A stretch of DNA of 52,495 nucleotides, from the NCBI GenBank assembly GCA_028879995.1, contig GCA_028879995.1_4895.1; one strand, written 5' to 3'. Each line of letters begins with the position of its first letter. Position 1 is the stretch's first letter. Both the position numbers and the translations under genes were made by a program. Positions 38,597 to 47,162 of this stretch are shown here, one piece after another. This DNA is from a phage. The notes under the pieces are model-generated. The model did no database searches, had not been told where the DNA came from, and worked only from the letters and a program-made list of their open reading frames with translations.

Positions 38597-39502
38597 TTAC
38601 AGCAGTTCTGCTTTCAGTGCAGCGATACCATCCAGCAATGCTTTGATGTCCGGGTTAGATGCCGCCAGGTCTGCAACAACTGACTGACGACGACGTTCCA
38701 GCTCTTTCTCAACTTCCAGGTCGAGGCGTGCTGACGCTTCACGCAGTAAGTCTTCAACCTGCTGACGGCGCTGATACTTGTTAAAGTCAGGTACATCAAC
38801 CAGCCATTTGAGAGTTGCAGTGTTGTAGCCAGAAGTATTGGCTGCACTTACAGACACAACATCAACAAGCTTGGTACCGTTAAGCTCCGGATAGTTAACA
38901 TTGCGAACGTCAACAACCGCTTTGTCACCTACACTTACTTTGCCGATGTACTTGTAAGTGTACACACGACCATTCGGTTCAAACTTAACACCAACAAACT
39001 TCAGTTTGTCGTCTGCAATAACTTCTTCCTCAACTTTGAAGTTGATTGCAGTATTCTTGACAGGTGCAGCCGCTTTGAGCTTAGCGACCATGTACTGTTC
39101 GGAATGAGACGGACGGCACAGACGGAAGACGTCTTCATTGTAGGTCAGCCAGTTACCGGTCTCATCCACGCATGCAATCTGATTAGTGCCATCCAGCGAA
39201 CGAACGCCCGGACGATTCTTCTCAACACGATACAGCTTACCTTCTTTCAGGTTAGCGTAAGAACGGCGGGCGATACCCCAGTTGTGTTTTTCAGATTCAT
39301 ACTTAGCGAAACGGTCAACACTGAAGTTCTGCTTCAGACCACGGTCGTCGATTACCCATAAGTTATCGTAAGCCCCGCCGAAAGAACCCAGGTTGGCATA
39401 CACTTTGCCCTGCGTCAACAGGGAAGTGTTTCCCTCGTCGACACAGATAACAAAACCCAGAGCTTCGTGTGCTTTACCGCTGCGGTCAAATACTGTAGTC
39501 AT
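38597..39502 (-). CDS. Hypothetical protein
   Basis: 301 aa; first gene after minus promoter 39585-39613. Confidence 0.45.
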   Translation of the reverse strand: MTTVFDRSGKAHEALGFVICVDEGNTSLLTQGKVYANLGSFGGAYDNLWVIDDRGLKQNFSVDRFAKYESEKHNWGIARRSYANLKEGKLYRVEKNRPGVRSLDGTNQIACVDETGNWLTYNEDVFRLCRPSHSEQYMVAKLKAAAPVKNTAINFKVEEEVIADDKLKFVGVKFEPNGRVYTYKYIGKVSVGDKAVVDVRNVNYPELNGTKLVDVVSVSAANTSGYNTATLKWLVDVPDFNKYQRRQQVEDLLREASARLDLEVEKELERRRQSVVADLAASNPDIKALLDGIAALKAELL

Positions 39503-39584
39503 TTCTTGTTTCCTTGTATACCAGTTTAATTGTATGCCAGAGTTATTCCCTGCGCATGTGCTTTATTGCTTAACCGTTAAAGAC

Positions 39585-39613
39585 ATTATAGCACTAGTGA
39601 GTGGTGAAGTACA
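39585..39613 (-). promoter_or_regulatory. sigma70-like promoter (minus) TGTACT-N17-TATAAT
   Basis: Upstream of gene 38597-39502; spacer contains perfect palindrome CACTAGTG. Confidence 0.45.
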
Positions 39614-39616
39614 CAT

Positions 39617-39907
39617 TTATTTTAAGGCAGAAGTGCAAATAGCATCACACAAACAATAATGAGCACGGTCGTAGTCTTCAAACAAGAACACTTCGCCATT
39701 GGCGACAACTTCATTACTGTTGACCTGCAGGCTAATACCTGAATGCAGAAGCACATCCATAGCCTGGTCCTTGTTCTTGTACGGGTCCCAAATAAGCTGG
39801 AAGCCTGACCCACAAAGGAGACATCCCTTGAGCTCCGGAAGAGTTGACTCCTTCACAGTCACATTACAAATCTTAGCCAGTTTAGCACGAGAATCTAGAG
39901 TACTCAT
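39617..39907 (-). CDS. Hypothetical protein
   Basis: 96 aa, ATGA coupling with upstream gene. Confidence 0.35.
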   Translation of the reverse strand: MSTLDSRAKLAKICNVTVKESTLPELKGCLLCGSGFQLIWDPYKNKDQAMDVLLHSGISLQVNSNEVVANGEVFLFEDYDRAHYCLCDAICTSALK

Positions 39908-40194
39908 TTACGTTTACCTTTACGTTTGTGTAGCGGAGTATATGTTTTCTTCGGTACGCCGAACATGGCCGCATATGTACCGACTTCTTTCTTTGTTGGC
40001 TTATCCACAATCTCGTCAATCACGATTAAGTCATGGTTGATATTGCGAAAGACTTCAGCTGCTCTTTTCTCAACAGGAGTAAAGTCAATAACCAGCTCTT
40101 TGCCTATCAGGCTTTCTTTGAACTTGTCAAATAGCCATTTGTCACGCGGACCAGGATTGCCAATAAACATAACACGCACCTGCTTATTGTCCAT
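39904..40194 (-). CDS. Hypothetical protein
   Basis: 96 aa, basic C-terminus (KRKGKRK). Confidence 0.4.
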   Translation of the reverse strand: MDNKQVRVMFIGNPGPRDKWLFDKFKESLIGKELVIDFTPVEKRAAEVFRNINHDLIVIDEIVDKPTKKEVGTYAAMFGVPKKTYTPLHKRKGKRK

Positions 40195-40262
40195 GGATGA
40201 TATACCCCGTTATTTGTGTTGCCAGGTATAAACCGTATACCACACACCCAACTAGTATGGCA

Positions 40263-40601
40263 TCAAGAATCAGATGAGCCATCTTCACGCTTGACCTCCG
40301 GAAGAAATGAGTTATCAGCCTTGATCAGTAAGTTACGGCTGTTAACCACTTCCAGGCTGATACCATCATTTTTGTGGGTTACACGAATAAATGCAACACC
40401 ATCAGCCTGTGCCTGCTCAATAGCTTTATTCAGCACAACATTATCCTGTACCATATGACGTACACGAGGAAGGATATTGCAAAGAGGTTCCATCTCATCC
40501 ATTCCTGCAGTACGCATGACTGACTTGAGAATGCCAAGATGATGTTTATAACGGTCTTCAAGATTATACTTCTTGCTGTTATGCTTTAGTTCTGATGCCA
40601 T
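40263..40601 (-). CDS. Hypothetical protein
   Basis: ATG 40601 with RBS GGAGA (tool start 40613 is TTG); 112 aa. Confidence 0.4.
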   Translation of the reverse strand: MASELKHNSKKYNLEDRYKHHLGILKSVMRTAGMDEMEPLCNILPRVRHMVQDNVVLNKAIEQAQADGVAFIRVTHKNDGISLEVVNSRNLLIKADNSFLPEVKREDGSSDS

Positions 40602-40620
40602 GTAAGTCTCCAAAAGTTAA

Positions 40621-40639
40621 GGGGCTTGAGCTAAGCCCC
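40621..40639 (-). other. GC hairpin GGGGCTT-gagct-AAGCCCC
   Basis: 7-bp stem between two minus-strand genes. Confidence 0.45.
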
Positions 40640-40645
40640 GTTTAA

Positions 40646-41095
40646 TTACTCGGCTTCTTCCGTAGCTGCCGGGGTGAATGTTACAGTCGGAATACCAGGT
40701 GAGGTCTTCACAACAGGGTCGACGATAGCCAGTTGTTCTGGTGTCAGGTTACGGTATGCAGTAACTGACATTTCATATTTGGTTTTAAACAGCTTGGCAA
40801 CAACAGTCTTCGGTAACTTCTTCATTACGTCAGGCACAAGCTTCTGGTCTAGCGAGCGGTTAACCTTCTGCTCAACCTTGAGTTTACCAGGTACGCCATG
40901 CATGCTGAACTCAACCGTTTGTGTACCTTCTTTACCACGATTGATAATCATGTCGCGTTCAAGACGTGCTTTAATGGTCCGGCGTAACGTCTCCTGGTCA
41001 GCTTTCGCTTGTGCCATCCAGCGGTTCAGATTCGCCAGCTTGTCGTACAGCTGTTCCGTGTCCATCGATTCCAGTTCTTGTGGGTTCAATGCCAT
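40646..41095 (-). CDS. Hypothetical protein
   Basis: ATG 41095 with RBS GAGGAA; 149 aa; GC hairpin 40621-40639 downstream. Confidence 0.4.
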   Translation of the reverse strand: MALNPQELESMDTEQLYDKLANLNRWMAQAKADQETLRRTIKARLERDMIINRGKEGTQTVEFSMHGVPGKLKVEQKVNRSLDQKLVPDVMKKLPKTVVAKLFKTKYEMSVTAYRNLTPEQLAIVDPVVKTSPGIPTVTFTPAATEEAE

Positions 41096-41366
41096 CAGTT
41101 GTTTCCTCAGGTTGCATGTGCATAGTTGCACCAATTAGTAGACAATAATTATTGAACATTGTACGTAGTGCCTGGCCCGCAACAATATCCGTTACGTCTA
41201 TTATACCACTTTTAGTGGTGACGCGTAAAGCTTTTTCTTTCTTTGTTTTCTCCACAAATGCAATGCTGATGATTTCTTCCGCATGAATTACGTGGATGGT
41301 ACCTGCAAACTCACCAGCCTTAGCTGGTGCCTGGTACACTAACGACATAGACGGTTGGTTACTCAC
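40998..41366 (-). CDS. Hypothetical protein (overlaps next gene by about 98 nt; contains a promoter-like site)
   Basis: GTG 41366 with RBS AGGAGT; 122 aa; C-terminal part overlaps 40646-41095 out of frame. Confidence 0.3.
   Translation of the reverse strand: MSNQPSMSLVYQAPAKAGEFAGTIHVIHAEEIISIAFVEKTKKEKALRVTTKSGIIDVTDIVAGQALRTMFNNYCLLIGATMHMQPEETTDGIEPTRTGIDGHGTAVRQAGESEPLDGTSES
41200..41229 (-). promoter_or_regulatory. sigma70-like promoter (minus) TTTACG-N18-TATAAT located inside ORF 40998-41366
   Basis: Internal promoter-like site. Confidence 0.4.
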
Positions 41367-41376
41367 TTAATTACTC

Positions 41377-41814
41377 CTATTTATATAAGTCCATCCAGTT
41401 ACGATACTCGTCATAAAACCTGTCAAACTCGTTTTTGGTGAGTGCAATAGCAACACCATTTACCAGATGCATGGTTCTTGTTTTGATGTTGACATACATG
41501 ACGTTGCTGTACGGGAACAAGCTACCGTCATTGTCAGTGAAGTAAGTCGGTGTAATATGAAGCGCATCGCGCAATGCAACCAGCGCTTCAACAGCTTCTG
41601 CATGACCTTCGCGGCGGAACGTCATGCAAGGCGGTGCACCGTCTTCGTCCTGGGTACCGCGCAAAGTAAGGTACACAGTTTCAGCAACATCATTGTGTAC
41701 GACTACGCTGATGTCAACGATGTCACTGGTACGGAAAGTAACAAAGTGCTGTACAATTACCTGTTCGTCGGTATTAGGACTGACGCCCTGAAAGGTCTTG
41801 AGTGTGTGAAACAT
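41377..41814 (-). CDS. Hypothetical protein
   Basis: ATG 41814 with RBS AAGGAG; 145 aa; first minus gene at the divergent promoter region. Confidence 0.4.
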   Translation of the reverse strand: MFHTLKTFQGVSPNTDEQVIVQHFVTFRTSDIVDISVVVHNDVAETVYLTLRGTQDEDGAPPCMTFRREGHAEAVEALVALRDALHITPTYFTDNDGSLFPYSNVMYVNIKTRTMHLVNGVAIALTKNEFDRFYDEYRNWMDLYK

Positions 41815-41845
41815 TGGTTGTATCTCCTTAACAGAATGTAAGTCT

Positions 41846-41874
41846 ATTATGTATATAAAGGAGGGGAAAGTAAA
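41846..41874 (-). promoter_or_regulatory. sigma70-like promoter (minus) TTTACT-N17-CATAAT, leftward arm of divergent pair
   Basis: Upstream of gene 41377-41814; overlaps direct repeat AAGTCTATT. Confidence 0.45.
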
Positions 41875-41907
41875 TAGATATAAATGTATAAAATACATAA
41901 AAGTCTA

Positions 41908-41937
41908 TTTACTCTGGTTTAATAACGTGTATATAAT
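41908..41937 (+). promoter_or_regulatory. sigma70-like promoter TTTACT-N18-TATAAT, rightward arm of divergent pair
   Basis: Upstream of 41968 gene and primase; -35 overlaps second copy of AAGTCTATT. Confidence 0.5.
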
Positions 41938-41967
41938 GAGAGCCTCACAAACAAGAGGAGAGACTCA

Positions 41968-42300
41968 ATGATAAAGCCAAAACTGTTGCGGCACATTCGC
42001 AACGGTATTAAGCTACTAGCTGAAGGTAATGAATACGCCTGCAAGCAACGCGGTATTACAAAAGTCGGCCTGTTCAATAAAGAGCTACCAACTCGATACT
42101 TTACCAAATCACCCTTAACACTCGTACCTGCAGCGGAGTACTATAAAGACCCCGAAGCAGCTCGGGCTAAAATCAAGGAAGGTCTTGACCGACTTGTAGA
42201 GGAAGGCTATTTGACAGTACGTCAACACACTGAATCATCTTATTACTACAAGCCAACTTCTAAGGTAACCAGCAATGACAATGACGAGTCAGCCGAGTGA
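41968..42300 (+). CDS. Hypothetical small protein, possible DNA-binding/replication accessory protein
   Basis: 110 aa; RBS AGAGGAG; first plus gene after the divergent promoter; overlaps primase start. Confidence 0.4.
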   Translation: MIKPKLLRHIRNGIKLLAEGNEYACKQRGITKVGLFNKELPTRYFTKSPLTLVPAAEYYKDPEAARAKIKEGLDRLVEEGYLTVRQHTESSYYYKPTSKVTSNDNDESAE

Positions 42301-44809
42301 TATTCTCGGTCTGAAATACTTTAAGCCAGAAGGGATTCCCCAAGTCTTCAAAGATATGAAGCGCTGGGCTATCTTTGAGCTGACGTACGAAGACGAGACC
42401 CTCGAAGTTCAATCCAAACCTAAGAAACCTGCAAGAGCGCCATCAGGCCGTTCCTTCAGCACAACTGTGCCTGAAGAGTGGATGACTTTCGACGACGCCC
42501 TGACACGTTGTATCCGCAATCGTGAAATGAAGATTAAAGCTGTACAGGGTAACATCACCTTTGTGCCGGCTTTGATTGTTCCTCGCCAGTGGTACTTTGT
42601 TGACCTGGACAACCATGAAGATAATCCAGACATTGAAGCTACCCACAAAGCGATAATTGAGGGGACTCGTGGCGCTTATGCCGAGACGTCAATCTCTGGC
42701 AAAGGTCAACACATCGCAATCCCTTTACCATGGACTGCAGCAACATCTAAAGAGAAAGACGACCAGCTGGACATCAAAATCCAGAAGGCTGAGATGTTCC
42801 TGGTAATGACAGGCAATGTATTGAGTGAGTTCAATGCTAATCCTGTTTCAGCCCGTGAATGGCATGCAGCAATTGAGAAGTTCTTTCTTGAATCAAGCGC
42901 ACCTGACATTGATGTTGAGTTTGAGCAAGACGAAGACTGTGGCGAAGAGTACGACAAAGAGCTGTACGAACAGTTAGCCGACAATACTCGCTGGGCGCTT
43001 GAACATTATCTTAGCGACTATGCACCTGACGGTGTTGGTGTTAGTAACGACGGTTCCGAACGTTTAAGCCGCATACTCAAAGACTTGCTTCGTGTAACCC
43101 GTAACTACGAAGTTACACAACGCATCTTCATGGCCAGCAAAGCTGCAGCATATGAAGGTCGCAGACCAAGCCGACACAACTTGTCTGTTGACAAGTACCA
43201 TCAGTGGTTCAGCCGTGTAGGTAAGACTGTGCTGAAAGAGATGCAACGTGACGGCTTATTCGTTAAGACCAAGTTTGCTCTTGACATCAACAAAGAGTTA
43301 GCCAAGAATTCAGGTGTCTCCCTGGCTGAGAACGTTGAGTTCAAGGTCAACGACGATATTCTACCTTCTGATGTATTCGTCAGGACGGCACCGTCCGGGT
43401 TTAAACGGCTTATTGCTGAGATACAGGATAACATATCTCCTGCTAACAGGGTTAACGACTATGCCATCGGCACAGCTCTTAACATCCTGAGCAACTGCGC
43501 CGGTCGCAAGTATGTTTGTCCAGTAGGCGGTCATGCTAACTTCCTGGTAACCAACATCATTCTTGTGGGTGGTTCATCTATCGGTAAATCGCTGTATACC
43601 GAGTTGTTCCCACAAATCCAGGCAAGCGTACCAGACACATCGCCTATCAGCCTTAACCGTATCCCAAGGGAACAGACTTTTGCAACCAGGACGTTTGCTG
43701 AACTGATGTCCAACCCGTCATACCATTCAGTCCAGTTGTTCTATCCTGAATTTGGTCTGGCTTTAGGTTCAGGCTTACGCATGAATCCTAACAACCCGGA
43801 CAACTTTCAGAAAGCTCTGATGGACGCTTCAACCAAGCGTAAGGTTGGCGGTATTCTGACAGGTATCAAACGTGCTAATGCTGATAATGATGTCAAGACA
43901 GTAAGCGAACCATGTTACTCTATCCTGGGCGACTCCACTCAAGAGCTTATCCTTGACAACACCCGTAAGCAAGACTTCTCAAGTGGCTTTTTGCCCCGCT
44001 TCCTGTTCATCCCGAACTACGAACGAGCGGAGTTTGCAAAACCTGAGAAGGTAGGACGTCGCCAGCAGATTCGCCGTACTCAATTCTCCAAAGAACTGAT
44101 TGAGAAGCTGGAAGCAATCGCTTATGTGAATGCTATCCCGCCTAACGGTAAACTAAGGCACGACCCGATTCCTATTTACGACGAGTCGGACGATGATGAC
44201 TTCCTGTACGAGTACCAGTGCAATATTAATGACATGCGCCAGTATTACAGGGACAACGAAGTAGCATCTGCCTTTGTGGGCCGAATGGGTGAGTATGTTT
44301 TCAATATAGCAGCACTGATCGGGTTACTCGACAACTGGGATGCTCCTGTAATGACCAGGGACAACATCGAATGGGCTTACAAATACGTTCTTCGTTGTAT
44401 AACCGCCTGGGTCAATAACACAAGCAGAATAGTCGCACCTCCGACTACTAACGCCGAAGTAGTGGACGGCTTCCTCAAAGTCTACAGGGATATTTTGGCC
44501 CTTTACGCCAAAAGCGGATGGAACGGTATTGTTAAGCATTATCCTGAAGGTGTTGTGAGAAGTATCCGAGAAGAACACCTCCAGATGAATGGTTTAAGCA
44601 TATATGCTATTCGTCAATCTTTAAGCTGGTTTAAATCAAATTATGGTTTTAATATCACAGCTAATAATAAAGTCATTGACGGAATGCTACAGGACATGAT
44701 TGACCAGGACTATTTAGCGGTTCAAATATATAAGCCCACAAGAGGCCGAACTGCTAACATTTACTGCCTGACAGAGCGAGGATATGACACTGCTAAGAAA
44801 CTAAAATAA
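42275..44809 (+). CDS. Primase-polymerase / SF3-type helicase fusion protein
   Basis: N-terminal prim-pol-like motifs (FVDLDNHE, ETSISGKGQHI), later P-loop VGGSSIGKS; 844 aa. Confidence 0.6.
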   Translation: MTMTSQPSDILGLKYFKPEGIPQVFKDMKRWAIFELTYEDETLEVQSKPKKPARAPSGRSFSTTVPEEWMTFDDALTRCIRNREMKIKAVQGNITFVPALIVPRQWYFVDLDNHEDNPDIEATHKAIIEGTRGAYAETSISGKGQHIAIPLPWTAATSKEKDDQLDIKIQKAEMFLVMTGNVLSEFNANPVSAREWHAAIEKFFLESSAPDIDVEFEQDEDCGEEYDKELYEQLADNTRWALEHYLSDYAPDGVGVSNDGSERLSRILKDLLRVTRNYEVTQRIFMASKAAAYEGRRPSRHNLSVDKYHQWFSRVGKTVLKEMQRDGLFVKTKFALDINKELAKNSGVSLAENVEFKVNDDILPSDVFVRTAPSGFKRLIAEIQDNISPANRVNDYAIGTALNILSNCAGRKYVCPVGGHANFLVTNIILVGGSSIGKSLYTELFPQIQASVPDTSPISLNRIPREQTFATRTFAELMSNPSYHSVQLFYPEFGLALGSGLRMNPNNPDNFQKALMDASTKRKVGGILTGIKRANADNDVKTVSEPCYSILGDSTQELILDNTRKQDFSSGFLPRFLFIPNYERAEFAKPEKVGRRQQIRRTQFSKELIEKLEAIAYVNAIPPNGKLRHDPIPIYDESDDDDFLYEYQCNINDMRQYYRDNEVASAFVGRMGEYVFNIAALIGLLDNWDAPVMTRDNIEWAYKYVLRCITAWVNNTSRIVAPPTTNAEVVDGFLKVYRDILALYAKSGWNGIVKHYPEGVVRSIREEHLQMNGLSIYAIRQSLSWFKSNYGFNITANNKVIDGMLQDMIDQDYLAVQIYKPTRGRTANIYCLTERGYDTAKKLK

Positions 44810-44820
44810 GTAAGTAAATC

Positions 44821-44861
44821 AAGGGCTTGGGTAATTGTAAAAATCCTAAGCCCTTATTTTT
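44821..44861 (+). terminator. Intrinsic terminator after primase-helicase gene
   Basis: Stem AAGGGCTT...AAGCCCTT followed by ATTTTTT. Confidence 0.65.
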
Positions 44862-45209
44862 TAAGCTTATTTTACAAACTGATTAATATTTAAACTATAA
44901 TTAAATATATGGGCTATAAGAGTATGATTTTATTACTCTTTTACTAACCATAATATATGGGCTCCTTATAAAAGATTAAGGGGGTAAAAAAGGGGGTACA
45001 AGTACCGGATAAAAGGGGGGATATATTTATTTATTATTATTATTATTATTATATATTATTAATTATATTAGAAGTAATAAAAACAGCTACTTAGAGGCGT
45101 CTATATGTATGATCCGGTTTATCTCTTTATTAATATCAGAACCGGATGAAAAAAATTTACGCCGGCGAAAAATAATAAAAAACCGGACTGATAAATAAAT
45201 CTGTAGACG
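44862..45209. repeat. AT-rich repeat-dense noncoding region (candidate replication origin)
   Basis: Two ATATATGGGCT copies, purine-rich AAGGGGGTA repeats (44977-45021), (TTA)n microsatellite near 45027-45051, inverted repeat ATCCGGTT/AACCGGAT (45112-45148); no ORF. Confidence 0.45.
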
Positions 45210-45238
45210 TTTACACTATAAAAAAGATGTGTTACAAT
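45210..45238 (+). promoter_or_regulatory. sigma70-like promoter TTTACA-N17-TACAAT
   Basis: Upstream of the Hjc-like resolvase gene. Confidence 0.5.
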
Positions 45239-45292
45239 ATTTATCAATGTTGCTGATTACCAAAACTTTGAATTGTATACGAGGCTGAATAA

Positions 45293-45724
45293 ATGGTTAA
45301 TATAAGACAGAAAGGACAGAACTTTGAGCGCAAAATGGCTAAGAAGTTCAATAGCTCGTTCGGATTAACTGTTGAGCGCAATCTTCAACAGTCTATTAAT
45401 GGCGGGGATGACTTGCTGGGTGTACCGTTTTTCAGTGTTGAACTGAAGAAGCACAACACCAAGTCTATCGGAACATGGTGGAGACAGTGTGCGGCGTCGG
45501 CAAAGGCTCAGAACAAGATGCCAGTGCTTATATACGAACTACCAAGAAAACAGCCTACCGTGGTGATGAATAAGGCTGATGTGATTGACTGTTTTCCAAG
45601 TGGCACGACTTTTAACGAGGCATCGAACCGCCTCTTTGTGGGTTTAGTAGAATTAACATGGGAACAATTTTGCCGGGTCTACAACTATTACGTTGCGCCC
45701 GGCACTCAATATCACGTCAATTAA
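45293..45724 (+). CDS. Hjc-like Holliday junction resolvase (PD-(D/E)xK)
   Basis: N-terminal KGQNFERKMAKKF then GGDDLLG...FSVELKK, matching archaeal Hjc-type motif order; RBS GAGG; promoter 45210-45238. Confidence 0.5.
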   Translation: MVNIRQKGQNFERKMAKKFNSSFGLTVERNLQQSINGGDDLLGVPFFSVELKKHNTKSIGTWWRQCAASAKAQNKMPVLIYELPRKQPTVVMNKADVIDCFPSGTTFNEASNRLFVGLVELTWEQFCRVYNYYVAPGTQYHVN

Positions 45725-45906
45725 TCTTGTTTCAGCTCGTCACAAATGACACGCTGATTTTTGGCAGGTATAATACCAAGATTTAGTAAGGTGTATGGAC
45801 TATCGGCGACGCATTGTTCAACGGTAGTCCATTCAGGTTTGGATTCAACAATTTCGTAATTACAGTCGTGAGCTGCAATACATGTTGACAGTATTAAGCC
45901 AATCAC
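45721..45906 (-). CDS. Hypothetical small protein
   Basis: 61 aa; GTG start overlapping upstream stop (GTGA); convergent with resolvase gene. Confidence 0.3.
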   Translation of the reverse strand: MIGLILSTCIAAHDCNYEIVESKPEWTTVEQCVADSPYTLLNLGIIPAKNQRVICDELKQD

Positions 45907-46082
45907 AAGTAATCTCCATCAACCAGAAACTCAAACAATTGGTTGTAAACGTTGCAACCTTTAGCGAAAGAGCTTTCAGCAGGTTTACCGTCGCGGACAA
46001 TCATCATATACTCACCGCCATGGATGTCCACCCAGTATTGCATGCCACCTTTGACCGGATTACGTTGCAGAAATTTAAACAT
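45903..46082 (-). CDS. Hypothetical small protein (59 aa, below the ORF-track cutoff)
   Basis: ATG 46082 with RBS AGGAGT, TAATG coupling; read by eye as MFKFLQRNPVKGG...FLVDGDYL. Confidence 0.3.
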   Translation of the reverse strand: MFKFLQRNPVKGGMQYWVDIHGGEYMMIVRDGKPAESSFAKGCNVYNQLFEFLVDGDYL

Positions 46083-46327
46083 TATTTACTCCTGATTCCA
46101 AGTTTATTCAATAACCAAATTGTCATGTCAACCCATGTTAACGGTACAGTTTTCGGGGGTTGATAATCCCAGCAGCTTGCAGTTCTTTGTATTTCTGCTT
46201 GGCGCCGCTCCGCTTCGCGTAATACCGCATCGTCAGAAGTGCCGGCAGAAAAAAGATCGGTAACACCAGATAAATCGCGTTGATTAACACGTCGAGCAAT
46301 GTCATATAAATCATCCTTAGAAAACAT
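46082..46327 (-). CDS. Hypothetical small protein
   Basis: 81 aa; ATG 46327. Confidence 0.35.
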   Translation of the reverse strand: MFSKDDLYDIARRVNQRDLSGVTDLFSAGTSDDAVLREAERRQAEIQRTASCWDYQPPKTVPLTWVDMTIWLLNKLGIRSK

Positions 46328-46503
46328 AAGCCAATACCATAAAAATTATCAGAAAGATCCCAACCAGCTTCCTCATAGCCCGACCTTCAGCATATGCAGG
46401 ATTCACAACAGAATACTCAACAACATGTTTACAGCGGACCATAAGGCCTCCACTTGTGGGTTAATTCAATCATGAGGACTTTTGGCAAATCCTCATTGTT
46501 GAA

Positions 46504-46704
46504 TCACTCCATCATTACCTGAACTATTATTATACACTCTTTATTGAAGCGGGTAAACACCTTTCCTCCATTTGTGCGTTTAGCCCCAGATTTTAGAGCT
46601 GACTGGCACCAGACATGCCACTCCTCAACTGTCAAGAATTTTTGTTCAGCTTTGGGTGGCAATCCATTGGCAAGGTCTACCGTAGTAAATTTGACTAGTG
46701 GCAT
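46504..46704 (-). CDS. Hypothetical small protein
   Basis: 66 aa; ATG 46704 overlapping upstream stop; contains a promoter-like site 46529-46557. Confidence 0.3.
   Translation of the reverse strand: MPLVKFTTVDLANGLPPKAEQKFLTVEEWHVWCQSALKSGAKRTNGGKVFTRFNKECIIIVQVMME
46529..46557 (-). promoter_or_regulatory. sigma70-like promoter (minus) TTTACC-N17-TATAAT inside small ORF 46504-46704
   Basis: Internal promoter-like site. Confidence 0.4.
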
Positions 46705-47093
46705 CACTTGACCTCAAATTTTGACTCGTCATATTCCGGATCAGTCACGTCCCGGGTAGCACAATTTTTGATTGCCTCCCAGTAACGTTGGGCATCATCA
46801 CCATCGACATAAACTGTCCAGTGGCCGTAACCACCTTCAAATCTGTCCCAGGCTTGTTCCCAGACTTTGCCATCTTCCAGCTTGTACCAAGTTGGACGAC
46901 TGTCAAACTCGCGGATTGGATGGTACCCCATCAAAGGATTCATCAGGTCAATAATGTCTTCCCGACTAATCTCCTGGTTCTCCCACAACACCGTCATGAA
47001 TTGCTCAAACTTGAAGGCGTTTGGCAGAACTTTGATGACTTCACCATCACGATATACGGTATAGGTGCCATCTTCGCATTTTGCACTGTACAT
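46704..47093 (-). CDS. Hypothetical acidic Trp-rich protein
   Basis: ATG 47093 preceded by conserved leader and hairpin cassette; 129 aa. Confidence 0.4.
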   Translation of the reverse strand: MYSAKCEDGTYTVYRDGEVIKVLPNAFKFEQFMTVLWENQEISREDIIDLMNPLMGYHPIREFDSRPTWYKLEDGKVWEQAWDRFEGGYGHWTVYVDGDDAQRYWEAIKNCATRDVTDPEYDESKFEVK

Positions 47094-47162
47094 GTTTCTC
47101 TCTCTTGTTGTGAATAATTTCAATCATGAACTATCACAATTTTGGATAGTTCATTGTTGAAA
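47094..47162 (-). promoter_or_regulatory. Conserved leader plus upstream hairpin cassette, copy A
   Basis: Perfect 8-bp hairpin GAACTATC/GATAGTTC (47128-47152) abutting a leader whose 16-nt core is identical at 47109-47124 and 47773-47788. Confidence 0.5.
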
